Shown: one piece after another, positions 1 to 13,400 of the stretch
How positions within the stretch are numbered: the stretch's first letter is position 1
Layout of the letters: each line of letters starts with the position of its first letter
From: Eledone cirrhosa
Lineage: Eukaryota
NCBI GenBank assembly: GCA_964016885.1
Contig: OZ024743.1
Location: forward strand, 214,272,001-214,336,000
Reading direction: 5' to 3'
DNA length: 64,000 nt
Position numbers and translations under genes: made by a program
The notes under the pieces: generated by a model
What the model saw: the letters and a program-made list of their open reading frames with translations, nothing else
Databases searched by the model: none
What the model was told of the DNA's origin: nothing

Positions 1-659
1 CTTCACGAGTCTCTGGCCACAGCATCTTGGGACGAGTGTGAAGTCGTCACTTCTTACTGGGGCCATGGAGTGTTCTCTGGCCTCCCGTGGTGTTTCAAAG
101 AACACGTCCACTGTTCCATATTTCTGCCCACGTCTGATGTGGGTTTTTTGCCCACACATGTCCCAAAGCTTTTTGGATTTGGGACGCGGATGCCCGTTCC
201 AGTCGGCGCGATTTTATGTTAATCGTCCCATAAAACACGGTGCATAGGCGTCGATGCTCCATTTTATTGGGGGGGGGGTGGCTGACCCTGTACCCATCTT
301 TCTTTACCATTGTCTTGGCATCATCTAGTTCCTCCTGAGTTACATAGATTTTTTCGCATGTTTTAGCTGCCTTCGCAAATGACACGATTGTATTCTCATT
401 GTTGTTGCTGCTGTTGTTGTTATTGTTATTTTTGTTATTGTTATTTTTAGTTTCAGTTGTGGTGGTTGTCAGTGGTGTTCGGTGTGGAAGAGTCCATTCT
501 GGATGAATTCATTTCGATGCCACGAGATAATTTATTTTGTTACTGCTTATATTTTTAGTGTTGGCAAACGTAGTAATATTTACAATGGTGGTGTCGGTGT
601 GAGGTGTTAGTTTGTGAGGAAGGCTCTCAGTTACTTGGTGTAGCTATGAGTCGTCCATG
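1..659 (-). pseudogene. Degraded ORF1-like N-terminus of an L1/Tx1-type LINE (runs off the window start)
   Basis: The minus strand reads, through stops and one frameshift, a Thr/Asn-rich N-terminus, then SFAKAAK..., then KYGTVDVFFETPREAREHSMAPVRSDDFTLVPRCCGQRLVK. This resembles Tx1-type ORF1 (SYAxAA motif followed by an RRM-like region). Pattern resemblance only. Confidence 0.35.
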
Positions 660-872
660 ATCTTTTCAAAGAAATTTTTTGTTTGATAATTATAAAAGTT
701 TAAATTTTGGGCTCAAGGCCCCAATCTCTTTGAGTGACCTTTTCCGAAAGCAGATTTTGTGACTTTATAAATAGTTAATAACACAAAATTTCCATAAATC
801 GCAATTTTAAACAAACGATAACAACATAACCTTTGCGGAGCTCAAGATCATACAATTTCCTACTTAGGTCGC

Positions 873-875
<3 letters not shown>

Positions 876-925
<50 letters not shown>

Positions 926-957
926 GCAATAATAATAATAATAATAATAATAATAAT
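876..957. repeat. (TAA)n microsatellite, the target tract upstream of the R4/Dong array
   Basis: Near-perfect TAA run with one AGC interruption. Confidence 0.95.
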
Positions 958-1108
958 CGAGGTGACGGAGGTCATGAAATCGCTCCCGTAAGTTTTGAAT
1001 TTTTAACATATTTAAATCATTTGTGAAATAACAACTCTTAGTACAAATGCTACGTAAAGCACCCGGCTTGAGCCCCAAAAAATTCGGACCCAAAATATAT
1101 TGTTATAA

Positions 1109-1759
1109 GGCTCAAATATTCAAATATTCAACTTTGTATTGTACACTGTATATCCAAAAAAAAATGGCTATAAATGGAAGAAGAAGAACCCCCCCCCCCC
1201 TCCTCTCCTCTGGCTACACTATATAGGACAGCTAAACTCACCAACACCAGAAACTAGATACACCGCCCACCCCATCATCTGTGTACACTAAACACAACAG
1301 CATTTTCACCTTCACCGCCACCGCTCACTACGGCCATCATTACCACCACTATCCCATCACCGCCGCCACCACCCCTTGACTCCTTCACTGCTGCTGCCAC
1401 CGCTACAGCACCATCACTACAGTAATACGGCTCAAATATTCAAATATTCAACTTTGTATTGTACACTGTATATCCAAAAAAAAAAAAATAAAATGGCTAT
1501 AAATGGAAGAAGAAGAACCCCCCCCCCCCTCCTCTCCTCTGGCTACACTATATAGGACAGCGAAACTCACCAACACCAGAAACTAGATACACCACCCACC
1601 CCATCATCTGTGTACACTAAACACAACAGCATTTTCACCTTCACCGCCACCGCTCACTACGGCCATCATTACCACCACTATCCCATCACCGCCGCCACCA
1701 CCCCCTGACTCCTTCACTGCTGCTGCCACCGCTACAGCACCATCACTACAGTAATACGG
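1109..1759 (+). repeat. ~320-bp tandem duplication in the 5' region of copy 1
   Basis: ggctcaaatattcaaat...agtaatacgg occurs at 1109-1428 and again at 1429-1759. It is single-copy in elements 2 and 3. Confidence 0.9.
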
Positions 1760-2328
1760 TCGCATCACCGCCACCACTGCCTCGGTATCGACATCACCGC
1801 CACCACTGTCTCAGTATCGCCAACGCCGCTAGTCTCTGCTGGCTACCACTTCCACATTATAGAATTCCTACTACTAACAAAGAGGAAGGCATCAAAATAT
1901 ATAGATAGACTCAAAAGAAAAAAGAAAAAACAAACAACAAAAGCAGCACAGCAACAACAGTAAAAAACGAGAAAAACAGAGAAAAACAAAAACAAAAAAA
2001 GAAACCCCCAAAACGTAAAGAAAATAAGAATGAAGAGAGAAGCAGGCGGACGGACAGAGAAGAGGGGGGAAAAAGTAAAACTTAAAAAACAAAAACTAAG
2101 TCAGACATTCGAATACTACATTACAATGAAACTTATGCTTATTCATTTTTGGGGCCCTTTCTGCCCGTGTGTTTGTTTGTTTATGTGTGTCCGTATACAG
2201 CGTGGTGATAATGCCACACAAGGGCCAAGTGGGATGGCGGATCCACAGATGGCTATGTAAACATACATTCGCCAATCCTCGATAAGAGTGTTTAAATATC
2301 GAACATAAACAGTTCGAATAACGGTGAA

Positions 2329-5300
2329 ATGGAGACTAGAACGTCATGTGACAGACTCTCACCCAACAGGTGCCCCCTGGCTCAGCAGCAGGAACCTGAC
2401 TGTCAACGAAATACTGCTGATGTTGGAGGAAGAAGAAGAAGGAAAGGGGCCAGAACCAACTGGACGAAAGAATTGAATAGAACTGTTATGCAATGCTACC
2501 TGAAAAGTAACCCCAAGGAGAGGGGCTACAGGAGACGGATGCATAACATCTGGAACGAGATTGGTTTATTTAAATTAGATGAACAAAAATTGGCCGGGCA
2601 GGCTCGGGTAATAAGAACTAATGGGTGGATAAGCGAGCTGGAACTGGAGGAACTGAGCAGAGAGAATGGCTTGGAGATGGCGGGTGTAGTATGCCAGACA
2701 AGCGAGCCGGCGGGAAATGAAGGTGAGGAGGTCCTGAGAGCGGAGGAACCACCCGAAGCAGACAATGATCTGAATACTGAGATAAATAATACCTGGAACA
2801 GAGATACGGCCACTGAGGAGATGAATGCTGACGGGCTAGGACAAGATTCGGTTGACATCCTAAATTTAGTGGTAGATGAGTTGAACAATGATAGTGGGAG
2901 ACCTATGAACCTAAGATTTGTAGACAGGAAAAAGTTAAAAGAAACAACAGCTAAGGTAAACAAAGTCATCCCATACCTTGAGGCGAGGAGTCTTCACCAG
3001 TGCAACAATATCCTCAAAGCAACAGCAAATACGGTGAGGAAACTACTTGGTATAAAAGCGAGAGGAAACAACAGACAAGAAAGAGCAGAGCCGTGGTGGA
3101 AGAAGCGACTGAGTGGGCAAATCGGGGAAATGAGAAATGACATAGGAAAGCTTGAGTCACTACTGAATGGGACACTAAAAAACATAGGCACTAAAAATAG
3201 ACTGGAAATAAAATACAAAACTAGGAGTAAAAAACTAAATATTATCATAGAGGAATTGAAGCAACGCATTGTAGCAAAGAGTGCCAAAATCAGGCGATAC
3301 GAGAACAGAGTCAGTCAGTATAAACAGAACCGCATGTTCGACAACAACCAGAAGATGCTGTTTGGACAGCTTGAGGGGAAAGAAAGAGGCACCGACTTGA
3401 TCCCTGGGGCGGAACAAGCTAAAACATTCTGGAGAGGAATATGGGAGCAGGATGTTAGACACAATGCCCAGGCAGGGTGGATTGAGACAGTACAGAGGGA
3501 GATCGGTGAGCAGGCACAGCAACAGACTGATTTGAGTATCACAGTTGAAACTCTTAAGGGGCAAGCCAAAAAACTAACCAACTGGAAATCACCAGGCCCA
3601 GATGGTGTGCAGGGGTATTGGATTAAACATTTAACATCCCTCCACCCGAAGCTGACGGCCATGTTCAATGACTGCTTGGTGTCGGGTGAGGTGCCAGAGT
3701 GGTTGACAAAAGGTACCACAGTTCTGATAATGAAAGACCGAATCAAGGGTAATGATGTTACCAACTATAGACATATCACATGTCTGCCCGTAATGTGGAA
3801 ACTGTTGACGAGCATTGTGTCTGAGGAAATCTACCATCACCTCCACACAAACAACTTGTTGCCGGACGAACAGAAAGGATGCCGAAAGAAGTCACGTGGT
3901 ACAAAGGACCAGTTGCTTATTGATAAGATGGTAATGGGGAATTGCAGGAGGAGACACACTGATCTTGCCATGGGATGGATAGACTACAGAAAGGCATTTG
4001 ACATGGTGCCTCATTCCTGGATCACCAAAAGCCTGGAGATCTTCAGGGTGGCAGATAACATCAGACAGTTGCTGGGCAGGAGTATGGGGTCCTGGGAGAC
4101 AGAGTTGACATCAACTGGAGTATCCTTGGGAAGCGTGAAGATCAAGAGAGGTATCTTCCAGGGAGATAGCCTGTCCCCTCTGTTGTTTGTCCTTGCCCTG
4201 ATGCCCTTGACCATTATGCTGCGAAAAGTGAGAGCAGGATACAAGTTGGGAAGGGGAGAGCTTACCATCAATCACCTCCTCTTCATGGACGATCTTAAGC
4301 TCTTCGGGAAAAGTGAGAAGGAGTTGGATGTGCTTGTTGACACTGTCCGTATTTTCAGCAGTGATATATGTATGCAGTTTGGTATTGGTAAATGTGGAGT
4401 CATTGTGATGAGGAGTGGTAGGTTGAGCAGAGGTAACGGGATCCAGATACCAACAGGTGAGATGATAAAGGAAATTGACTCTGAGGAAGGATACAAGTAT
4501 TTGGGCGTTCTGGAGGCTGATGGCATAAAGAACAAAAAAATGAAGGAATTGTTAAGAACTGAATACATTCGGAGAGTAAGGAGCGTATTGAAGTCACATC
4601 TGAACAGCAGAAATGCCATAAGCGCAGTAAATTCCCGAGCTGTGTCTATTATTAGGTACAGTGCGGGAATTCTGAGATGGAATGTTGCTGAACAAAAAGA
4701 AATGGATAGGAAGACTAGGAAGCTATTGACTATCTACAACATGTTCCACAAGAGGAGTGATGTCGATAGACTCTACCTAAGGAGATCTGAGGGTGGAAGA
4801 GGTCTTATCAGCATAGAGGACTGTGTTCAGATGGAGAAAAACAACCTATACAAATACGTGACCTATAGTAAGGAGCCAATGCTCAGAGCTGTACTGAAGG
4901 AGGGGACAGTAGGCCAGGGGATACCCAAGGAGGAAATAACATCAAGGAGGAAGAGCAGCCTTAAGGGAAAATCCCTTCATAGTACCTTCTTTGAGAAAAC
5001 TGAATTTAGAGATCCACAGACATGGAACTGGTTGAGAAGAGGAGACCTCAAAAAGGCTACAGAAGGAATGCTAATGGCTGCGCAGGAGCAGGCCCTCAAA
5101 ACGAAGTGGTTGAAGCACCATATCTACAAGGAGGAGGCTAGCCCACTGTGCAGGATCTGTGGAGAGAGAGGAGACTGTGGCTCACATTGTGTCCGAGTGT
5201 AAACACCTAGCCCAGACCCACTATAAGGGCTGGAGACACGATGTGATGGGCAGGGTGATCCACTGGCACCTGTGCAAAGTAAACAATCTACCACATTCTG

Positions 5301-5719
5301 AGAAATGGTATGAGCATAGGCCAGAGGCGGTGATGGAGAACAGTCAGGTGAAGGTGCTGTGGGATTTTAGGATACAGACGGACAAAAAACTGGAACACAA
5401 TAGACCTGACCTGGTGGTTGTGGACAAAGAAAAAAGATCGTGCCTGATTGTGGATGTGGCCTGCCCGTTCGACACGAGAGTGCAAGAGAAGGAGAGGGAG
5501 AAAATTAACCGATACCAGGACCTAAAGTGGGAGGTGAAAAGGATTTGGAACTGCCATGAAGTCAAAGTGATCCCGATTGTCATAGGCGCACTGGGGACTA
5601 TCTCCAAAGGTTTCCAGGGATGGTTAAAGAAAATCGGCCCCTTCACGCTTTTTGGAACGCTTCAAAAGGCATGCTTGCTTGGAACGGCAAGAACCCTCCG
5701 ATACGTCCTGAATATCTGA
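2329..5719 (+). pseudogene. R4/Dong polyprotein (RT + CCHC + restriction-like endonuclease) with one frameshift at ~5162-5170
   Basis: RT motifs [41 protein letters not shown]; GGRGL; CxxC...HxxxxC; RHD; RPDLVVVD...IVDVACP...EKINRY (PD-(D/E)xK). The (GA)n run is one GA shorter than in copies 3 and 4. Restoring it joins ORFs 2329..5202 and 5159..5719 into ~1130 aa. Confidence 0.92.
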
Positions 5720-5793
5720 GGCTGCAGGTAGTGGCTTGATATTCAATCCAACGGACTTTCCAGTTAACCAACATCAATGACTGAGATTCAAGG

Positions 5794-5805
5794 AATAACA
5801 ATAAC

Positions 5806-5858
<53 letters not shown>

Positions 5859-5880
5859 GAAGAAGAAGAAGAAGAAGAAG
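5794..5880. repeat. (TAA)n(GAA)n spacer between copies 1 and 2 (same compound spacer at 10384-10464)
   Basis: Read directly from the sequence. Confidence 0.95.
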
Positions 5881-8800
5881 CACGAGGTGGTGGAAGGTCA
5901 TGAAATTGCTCCCGTAAGTTTTGAATTTTTAACATATTTAAATCATTTGTGAAATAACAACTCTTAGTACAAGTGCTACGTAAAGCATCCGGCTTGAGCC
6001 CCAAACAATTCGGACCCAAAATATATTGTTATAAGGCTCAAATATTCAAATATTCAACTTTGTATTGTACATTGTATAGTCAAAAAAGAAAATGGCTATA
6101 AATGGAAGAAGAACCCCCCCCCCTTCCTATGTCTACACTATATAGAACAGCCAAACAACACCAATCTCACCAGCACCAGAAACTAGATACACCACCTACC
6201 CCATCACCTCTCTGTGTACACTAAACACAACAGCCAGATAACGGCAATTTCACCACCACCACTCACTACTGCCATCATTACCACCACTATCCCATCACCG
6301 CCGCCACCACTCCTTCATTGCTACCACCGCTACAACACCATCACTACAGTAATACGATCACATCACCACCACCACTGCCTCGGTATCGACATCACCACCA
6401 CCACTGGCTCAGTATCGCTACCGCCGCTACTGTCTCCCACAACTTCCTGCTAGCTGCTGCCACCACATAATAGAATTCCTACTACTAAAAAAGAGGAAGG
6501 CATCAAAATATATAGATAGACTCAAAAGAAAAAAGAAAAAACAAACAACAAAACCAAAGCAGCACAGCAACAACAGCAAAAAACGAGAAAAACAAACAGA
6601 GAAAAACAAAGACGAAATAAAAAAAAAAAAGGAAAGAAAATAAGAATGAATAGAGAAACAAGCGGACGGACAGAGAAGAGGGGGGAAGAACTAAGTCAGA
6701 CATTCGAACACTACATTACAATGAAACTTATGCTTATTCATTTTTGGGGTCTTTTCTGCCTGTGTGTTTGTTTGTTTATTTGTGTTCGCTTACAGCGTGG
6801 TGATAATGCCACACAAGTGCCAAGTGGAGCGGCGCAAACACCGGCGACGGTAAATCCACAGATGGCTATGTAACCATACTTCGCCAATCTTCGATAAGAA
6901 TGTTTAAATATCGAACCTAAACAGTTCGAATAACGGTGAAATGGAGACTAGAACGTCATGTGACAGACTCTCACACAACATGTGCTCCCTGGCTCAGCAG
7001 CAGGAACCAGACTGTCAACCAAATACTGCTGATGTTGGAGGAAGAAGAAGAGGGAAAGGGGCCAGAACCAACTGGACGAAAGAATTGAATAGAACTGTTA
7101 TGCAATGTTACCTGAAAAGTAACCCCAAGGAGAGGGGCTATAGGAGACGGATGCATAACATATGGAACGAGATTGGTCTATTTAAATTAGATGAACAAAT
7201 ATTGGCCGGGCAGGCTCGGGTAATAAGAACTAATGGGTGGATAAGCGAGCTGGAACTGGAGGAACTTTGCAGAGAGAATAGCTTGGAGATGGAGGGTGTA
7301 ATATGCCAGACAAACGAGCCAGTGGGAAATGAAGGTGAAGAGGTCGAGAGAACGGAGGGACCACCCGAAGCAGACAATGATCTGAATACTGAGATAAATA
7401 ATACCTGGAACAGAGATACTGCCACTGAGGAGATGAATGCTGACGGGCTAGGACAAGATTCGGTTGACATCCTAAATTTAGTGGTAGATGAATTGAACAA
7501 TGATAGTGGGAGACCTATGAACCTAATATTTGTAGACAGGAAAAAGTTAAAAGAAACAACAGCTAAGGTAAACAAAGTCAGCCCATACCTTGAGGCGAGG
7601 AGCCTTCACCAGTGCAACAATATCCTCAAAGCAACAGCAAATACGGTGAGGAAACTACTTGGTATAAAAGCGAGAGGAAACAACAGACAAGAAAGAGCAG
7701 AGCCTTGGTGGAAGAAACGACTGAGTGGTCAAATCAAGGAAATGAGAAATGACATAGGAAAGCTTGAGTCACTACTGAATGGGACACTAAAAAACATAGG
7801 CACTAAAAATAGACTGGAAATAAAGTACAAAACTAGGAGGAAAAAGCTAAATATTATCATAGAGGAACTGAAGCAACGCATTGTAGCAAAGAGTGCAAAA
7901 ATCAGGCGATACGAGAACAGAGTCAGTCAGTATAAACAGAACCGCATTTTCGACAACAACCAGAAGATGCTGTTTGGACAGCTTGAGGGGAAACAGCTGG
8001 GGCGGAACAAACTAAAACATTCTGAAGAGGAATATGGGAGCAGGATGTTAGACATAATGACCAGGCAGGGTGGATTGAGACAGTACAGAGGGAGATCGGT
8101 GAGCAGGCACACCAACAAACTGATTTGAGTATCACAGTTGAAACTCTTAAGGGGCGGGCCAAAAAACTAACCAACTGGAAATCACCAGGCCCAGATGGTG
8201 TGCAGGGGTATTGGATTAAAAAATTAACATCCCTCCATCCGAAGCTGACGGCCATGTTCAATGACTGCTTGGTGTCGGGTGAGGTGCCAGAGTGGTTGAC
8301 AAAAGGTACCACAGTTCTGATAATGAAAAACCGAATCAAGGGTAATGATGTTACCAACTATAGACCTATCACATGTCTGTCCGTAATGTGGAACTGTTGA
8401 CGAGCATTGTGTCTGAGGAAATCTACCATCACCTCCACACAAACAACTTGTTACCGGACGAACAGAAGGATGCCGAAAGAAGTCACGTGGTACAAAGGAA
8501 AAGTTACTTATTGATAAGATGGTAATGGGGAATTGCAGGAGGAGACACACTGATCTTGCCATGGGATGGATAGACTACAGAAAGGCATTTGACATGGTGC
8601 CTCATTCTTGGATCACCAAAAGCCTGGAGATCTTCAAGGTGGCAGATAACATCAGACAGTTGCTGGGCAGGAGTATGGGGTCCTGGGAGACAGAGTTGAC
8701 ATCAACTGGAGAATCCTTGGGAAGCGTGAAGATCAAGAGAGGTATCTTCCAGGGAGATAGCCTGTCCCCTCTGTTGTTTGTCCTTGCCCTGATGCCCTTG

Positions 8801-10383
8801 GCCATTATGCTACGAAAAGTGAGAGCAGGATACAAGTTGGGAAAGTGAGAGCTTACCATCAATCACCTCCTCTTCATGGACGATCTTAAGCTCTTCGGGA
8901 TGAGTGAGAAGGAGTTGGATGTGCTTGTTGACACTGTCCGTATTTTCAGCAGTGATATATGTATGCAGTTTGGTATTAGTAAATGTGGAGTCATTGTGAT
9001 GAGGAGGGGTAGGTTGAGCAGAAGTAACGGAATCCAGATACCAACAAGTGAGATGATAAAGGAAATTGACTCTGAGGAAGGATACAAGTATTTGGGCGTT
9101 CTGGAGGCTGATGGCATAAAGAACAAAAAAATGAAGGAATTGTTAAGAACTGAATACATTCGGAGAGTAAGGAGCGTATTGAAGTCACATCTGAACAGCA
9201 GAAATGCCATAAGTGCAGTAAATTCCCGAGCTGTGTCTATAATTAGGTACAGTGCGGGAATTCTGAGATGAATGTTGCTGAACAAACAGAAATGGATAGG
9301 AAGACTAGGAAGCTATTGACTATCTACAACATGTTCCACAAGAGGAGTGATGTCGATAGACTCTACCTAAGGAGATCTGAGGGTGGAAGAGGTCTTATCA
9401 GCATAGAGGACTGTGTTCAGATGGAGAAAAACAACCTATACAAATACGTGACCTATAGTAAGGAGCCAATGCTCAGAGCTGTACTGAAGGAGGGGACAGT
9501 AGGCCAGGGGATACCCAAGGAGGAAATAACATCAAGGAGGAAGAGCAGCCTTAAGGGAAAATCCCTTCATAGTACCTTCTTTGAGAAAACTGAATTTAGA
9601 GATCCACAGACATGGAACTGGTTGAGAAGAGGAGACCTCAAAAAGGCTACAGAAGGAATGCTAATGGCTGCGCAGGAGCAGGCCCTCAAAACGAAGTGGT
9701 TGAAGCACCATATCTACAAGGAGGAGGCTAGCCCACTGTGCAGGATCTGTGGAGAGAGAGGAGACTGTGGCTCACATTGTGTCCGAGTGTAAACACCTAG
9801 CCCAGACCCACTATAAGGGCTGGAGACACGATGTGATGGGCAGGGTGATCCACTGGCACCTGTGCAAAGTAAACAATCTACCACATTCTGAGAAATGGTA
9901 TGAGCATAGGCCAGAGGCGGTGATGGAGAACAGTCAGGTGAAGGTGCTGTGGGATTTTAGGATACAGACGGACAAAAAACTGGAACACAATAGACCTGAC
10001 CTGGTGGTTGTGGACAAAGAAAAAAGATCGTGCCTGATTGTGGATGTGGCCTGCCCGTTCGACACGAGAGTGCAAGAGAAGGAGAGGGAGAAAATTAACC
10101 GATACCAGGACCTAAAGTGGGAGGTGAAAAGGATTTGGAACTGCCATGAAGTCAAAGTGATCCCGATTGTCATAGGCGCACTGGGGACTATCTCCAAAGG
10201 TTTCCAGGGATGGTTAAAGAAAATCGGCCCCTTCACGCTTTTTGGAACGCTTCAAAAGGCATGCTTGCTTGGAACGGCAAGAAGCCTCCGATACGTCCTG
10301 AATATCTGAGGCTGCAGGTAGTGGCTTGATATTCAATCCAACGGACTTTCCAGTTAACCAACATCAATGACTGAGATTCAAGG
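5881..10383 (+). mobile_element. R4/Dong copy 2, full length, defective and chimeric
   Basis: ORF pieces 6941..8128, 8125..8400, 8519..8848, 8876..9271, 9268..9792 and 9749..10309. The 5' part shares the lesions of copy 3, and the 3' part shares the variants and frameshift of copy 1. Confidence 0.92.
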
Positions 10384-10395
10384 AATAACAATAAC

Positions 10396-10439
<44 letters not shown>

Positions 10440-10464
10440 GAAGAAGAAGAAGAAGAAGAAGAAG

Positions 10465-13400
10465 CACGAGGTGGTGGAAGGTCATGAAATTGCTCCCGTA
10501 AGTTTTGAATTTTTAACATATTTAAATCATTTGTGAAATAACAACTCTTAGTACAAGTGCTACGTAAAGCATCCGGCTTGAGCCCCAAACAATTCGGACC
10601 CAAAATATATTGTTATAAGGCTCAAATATTCAAATATTCAACTTTGTATTGTACATTGTATAGTCAAAAAAGAAAATGGCTATAAATGGAAGAAGAACCC
10701 CCCCCCCCCCCCCCTCCTCTGTCTACACTATATAGAACAGCCAAACAACACCAATCTCACCAGCACCAGAAACTAGATACACCACCTACCCCATCACCTC
10801 TCTGTGTACACTAAACACAACAGCCAGATAACGGCAATTTCACCACCACCACTCACTACTGCCATCATTACCACCACTATCCCATCACCGCCGCCACCAC
10901 TCCTTCATTGCTACCACCGCTACAACACCATCACTACAGTAATACGATCACATCACCACCACCACTGCCTCGGTATCGACATCACCACCACCACTGGCTC
11001 AGTATCGCTACCGCCGCTACTGTCTCCCACAACTTCCTGCTAGCTGCTGCCACCACATAATAGAATTCCTACTACTAAAAAAGAGGAAGGCATCAAAATA
11101 TATAGATAGACTCAAAAGAAAAAAGAAAAAACAAACAACAAAACCAAAGCAGCACAGCAACAACAGCAAAAAACGAGAAAAACAAACAGAGAAAAACAAA
11201 GACGAAATAAAAAAAAAAAAGGAAAGAAAATAAGAATGAATAGAGAAACAAGCGGACGGACAGAGAAGAGGGGGGAAGAACTAAGTCAGACATTCGAACA
11301 CTACATTACAATGAAACTTATGCTTATTCATTTTTGGGGTCTTTTCTGCCTGTGTGTTTGTTTGTTTATTTGTGTTCGTCTACAGCGTGGTGATAATGCC
11401 ACACAAGTGCCAAGTGGAGCGGCGCAAACACCGGCGACGGTAAATCCACAGATGGCTATGTAACCATACTTCGCCAATCTTCGATAAGAATGTTTAAATA
11501 TCGAACCTAAACAGTTCGAATAACGGTGAAATGGAGACTAGAACGTCATGTGACAGACTCTCACACAACATGTGCTCCCTGGCTCAGCAGCAGGAACCAG
11601 ACTGTCAACCAAATACTGCTGATGTTGGAGGAAGAAGAAGAGGGAAAGGGGCCAGAACCAACTGGACGAAAGAATTGAATAGAACTGTTATGCAATGTTA
11701 CCTGAAAAGTAACCCCAAGGAGAGGGGCTATAGGAGACGGATGCATAACATATGGAACGAGATTGGTCTATTTAAATTAGATGAACAAATATTGGCCGGG
11801 CAGGCTCGGGTAATAAGAACTAATGGGTGGATAAGCGAGCTGGAACTGGAGGAACTTTGCAGAGAGAATAGCTTGGAGATGGAGGGTGTAATATGCCAGA
11901 CAAACGAGCCAGTGGGAAATGAAGGTGAAGAGGTCGAGAGAACGGAGGGACCACCCGAAGCAGACAATGATCTGAATACTGAGATAAATAATACCTGGAA
12001 CAGAGATACTGCCACTGAGGAGATGAATGCTGACGGGCTAGGACAAGATTCGGTTGACATCCTAAATTTAGTGGTAGATGAATTGAACAATGATAGTGGG
12101 AGATCTATGAACCTAATATTTGTAGACAGGAAAAAGTTAAAAGAAACAACAGCTAAGGTAAACAAAGTCATCCCATACCTTGAGGCGAGGAGCCTTCACC
12201 AGTGCAACAATATCCTCAAAGCAACAGCAAATACGGTGAGGAAACTACTTGGTATAAAAGCGAGAGGAAACAACAGACAAGAAAGAGCAGAGCCTTGGTG
12301 GAAGAAACGACTGAGTGGTCAAATCAAGGAAATGAGAAATGACATAGGAAAGCTTGAGTCACTACTGAATGGGACACTAAAAAACATAGGCACTAAAAAT
12401 AGACTGGAAATAAAGTACAAAACTAGGAGGAAAAAGCTAAATATTATCATAGAGGAACTGAAGCAACGCATTGTAGCAAAGAGTGCAAAAATCAGGCGAT
12501 ACGAGAACAGAGTCAGTCAGTATAAACAGAACCGCATTTTCGACAACAACCAGAAGATGCTGTTTGGACAGCTTGAGGGGAAACAGCTGGGGCGGAACAA
12601 ACTAAAACATTCTGAAGAGGAATATGGGAGCAGGATGTTAGACATAATGACCAGGCAGGGTGGATTGAGACAGTACAGAGGGAGATCGGTGAGCAGGCAC
12701 ACCAACAAACTGATTTGAGTATCACAGTTGAAACTCTTAAGGGGCGGGCCAAAAAACTAACCAACTGGAAATCACCAGGCCCAGATGGTGTGCAGGGGTA
12801 TTGGATTAAAAAATTAACATCCCTCCATCCGAAGCTGACGGCCATTTTCAATGACTGCTTGGTGTCGGGTGAGGTGCCAGAGTGGTTGACAAAAGGTACC
12901 ACAGTTCTGATAATGAAAAACCGAATCAAGGGTAATGATGTTACCAACTATAGACCTATCACATGTCTGTCCGTAATGTGGAAACTGTTGACGAGCATTG
13001 TGTCTGAGGAAATCTACCATCACCTCCACACAAACAACTTGTTACCGGACGAACAGAAGGATGCCGAAAGAAGTCACGTGGTACAAAGGAAAAGTTACTT
13101 ATTGATAAGATGGTAATGGGGAATTGCAGGAGGAGACACACTGATCTTGCCATGGGATGGATAGACTACAGAAAGGCATTTGACATGGTGCCTCATTCTT
13201 GGATCACCAAAAGCCTGGAGATCTTCAAGGTGGCAGATAACATCAGACAGTTGCTGGGCAGGAGTATGGGGTCCTGGGAGACAGAGTTGACATCAACTGG
13301 AGAATCCTTGGGAAGCGTGAAGATCAAGAGAGGTATCTTCCAGGGAGATAGCCTGTCCCCTCTGTTGTTTGTCCTTGCCCTGATGCCCTTGGCCATTATG

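Larger units (their letters stand above)
958..5793 (+). mobile_element. R4-clade (Dong/Rex6-like) non-LTR retrotransposon, copy 1, full length
   Basis: Single long ORF with the R4/Rex6-type N-terminus (WTKELNRTVMQCYLKSNP...GYRRRM), RT, CCHC knuckle, RHD motif and RLE. Short 3' UTR ending ...gagattcaagg. Flanked by (TAA)n on both sides, and Dong elements are known to target TAA repeats. Confidence 0.93.

Noticed and set aside
2150-2270. Possible HDV-like ribozyme ahead of the R4 ORF (ggccctt/aagggcc stem)
   Set aside because: No P3/L3 (UCC) nested pseudoknot could be built, and the stem is disrupted in copies 2 and 3.
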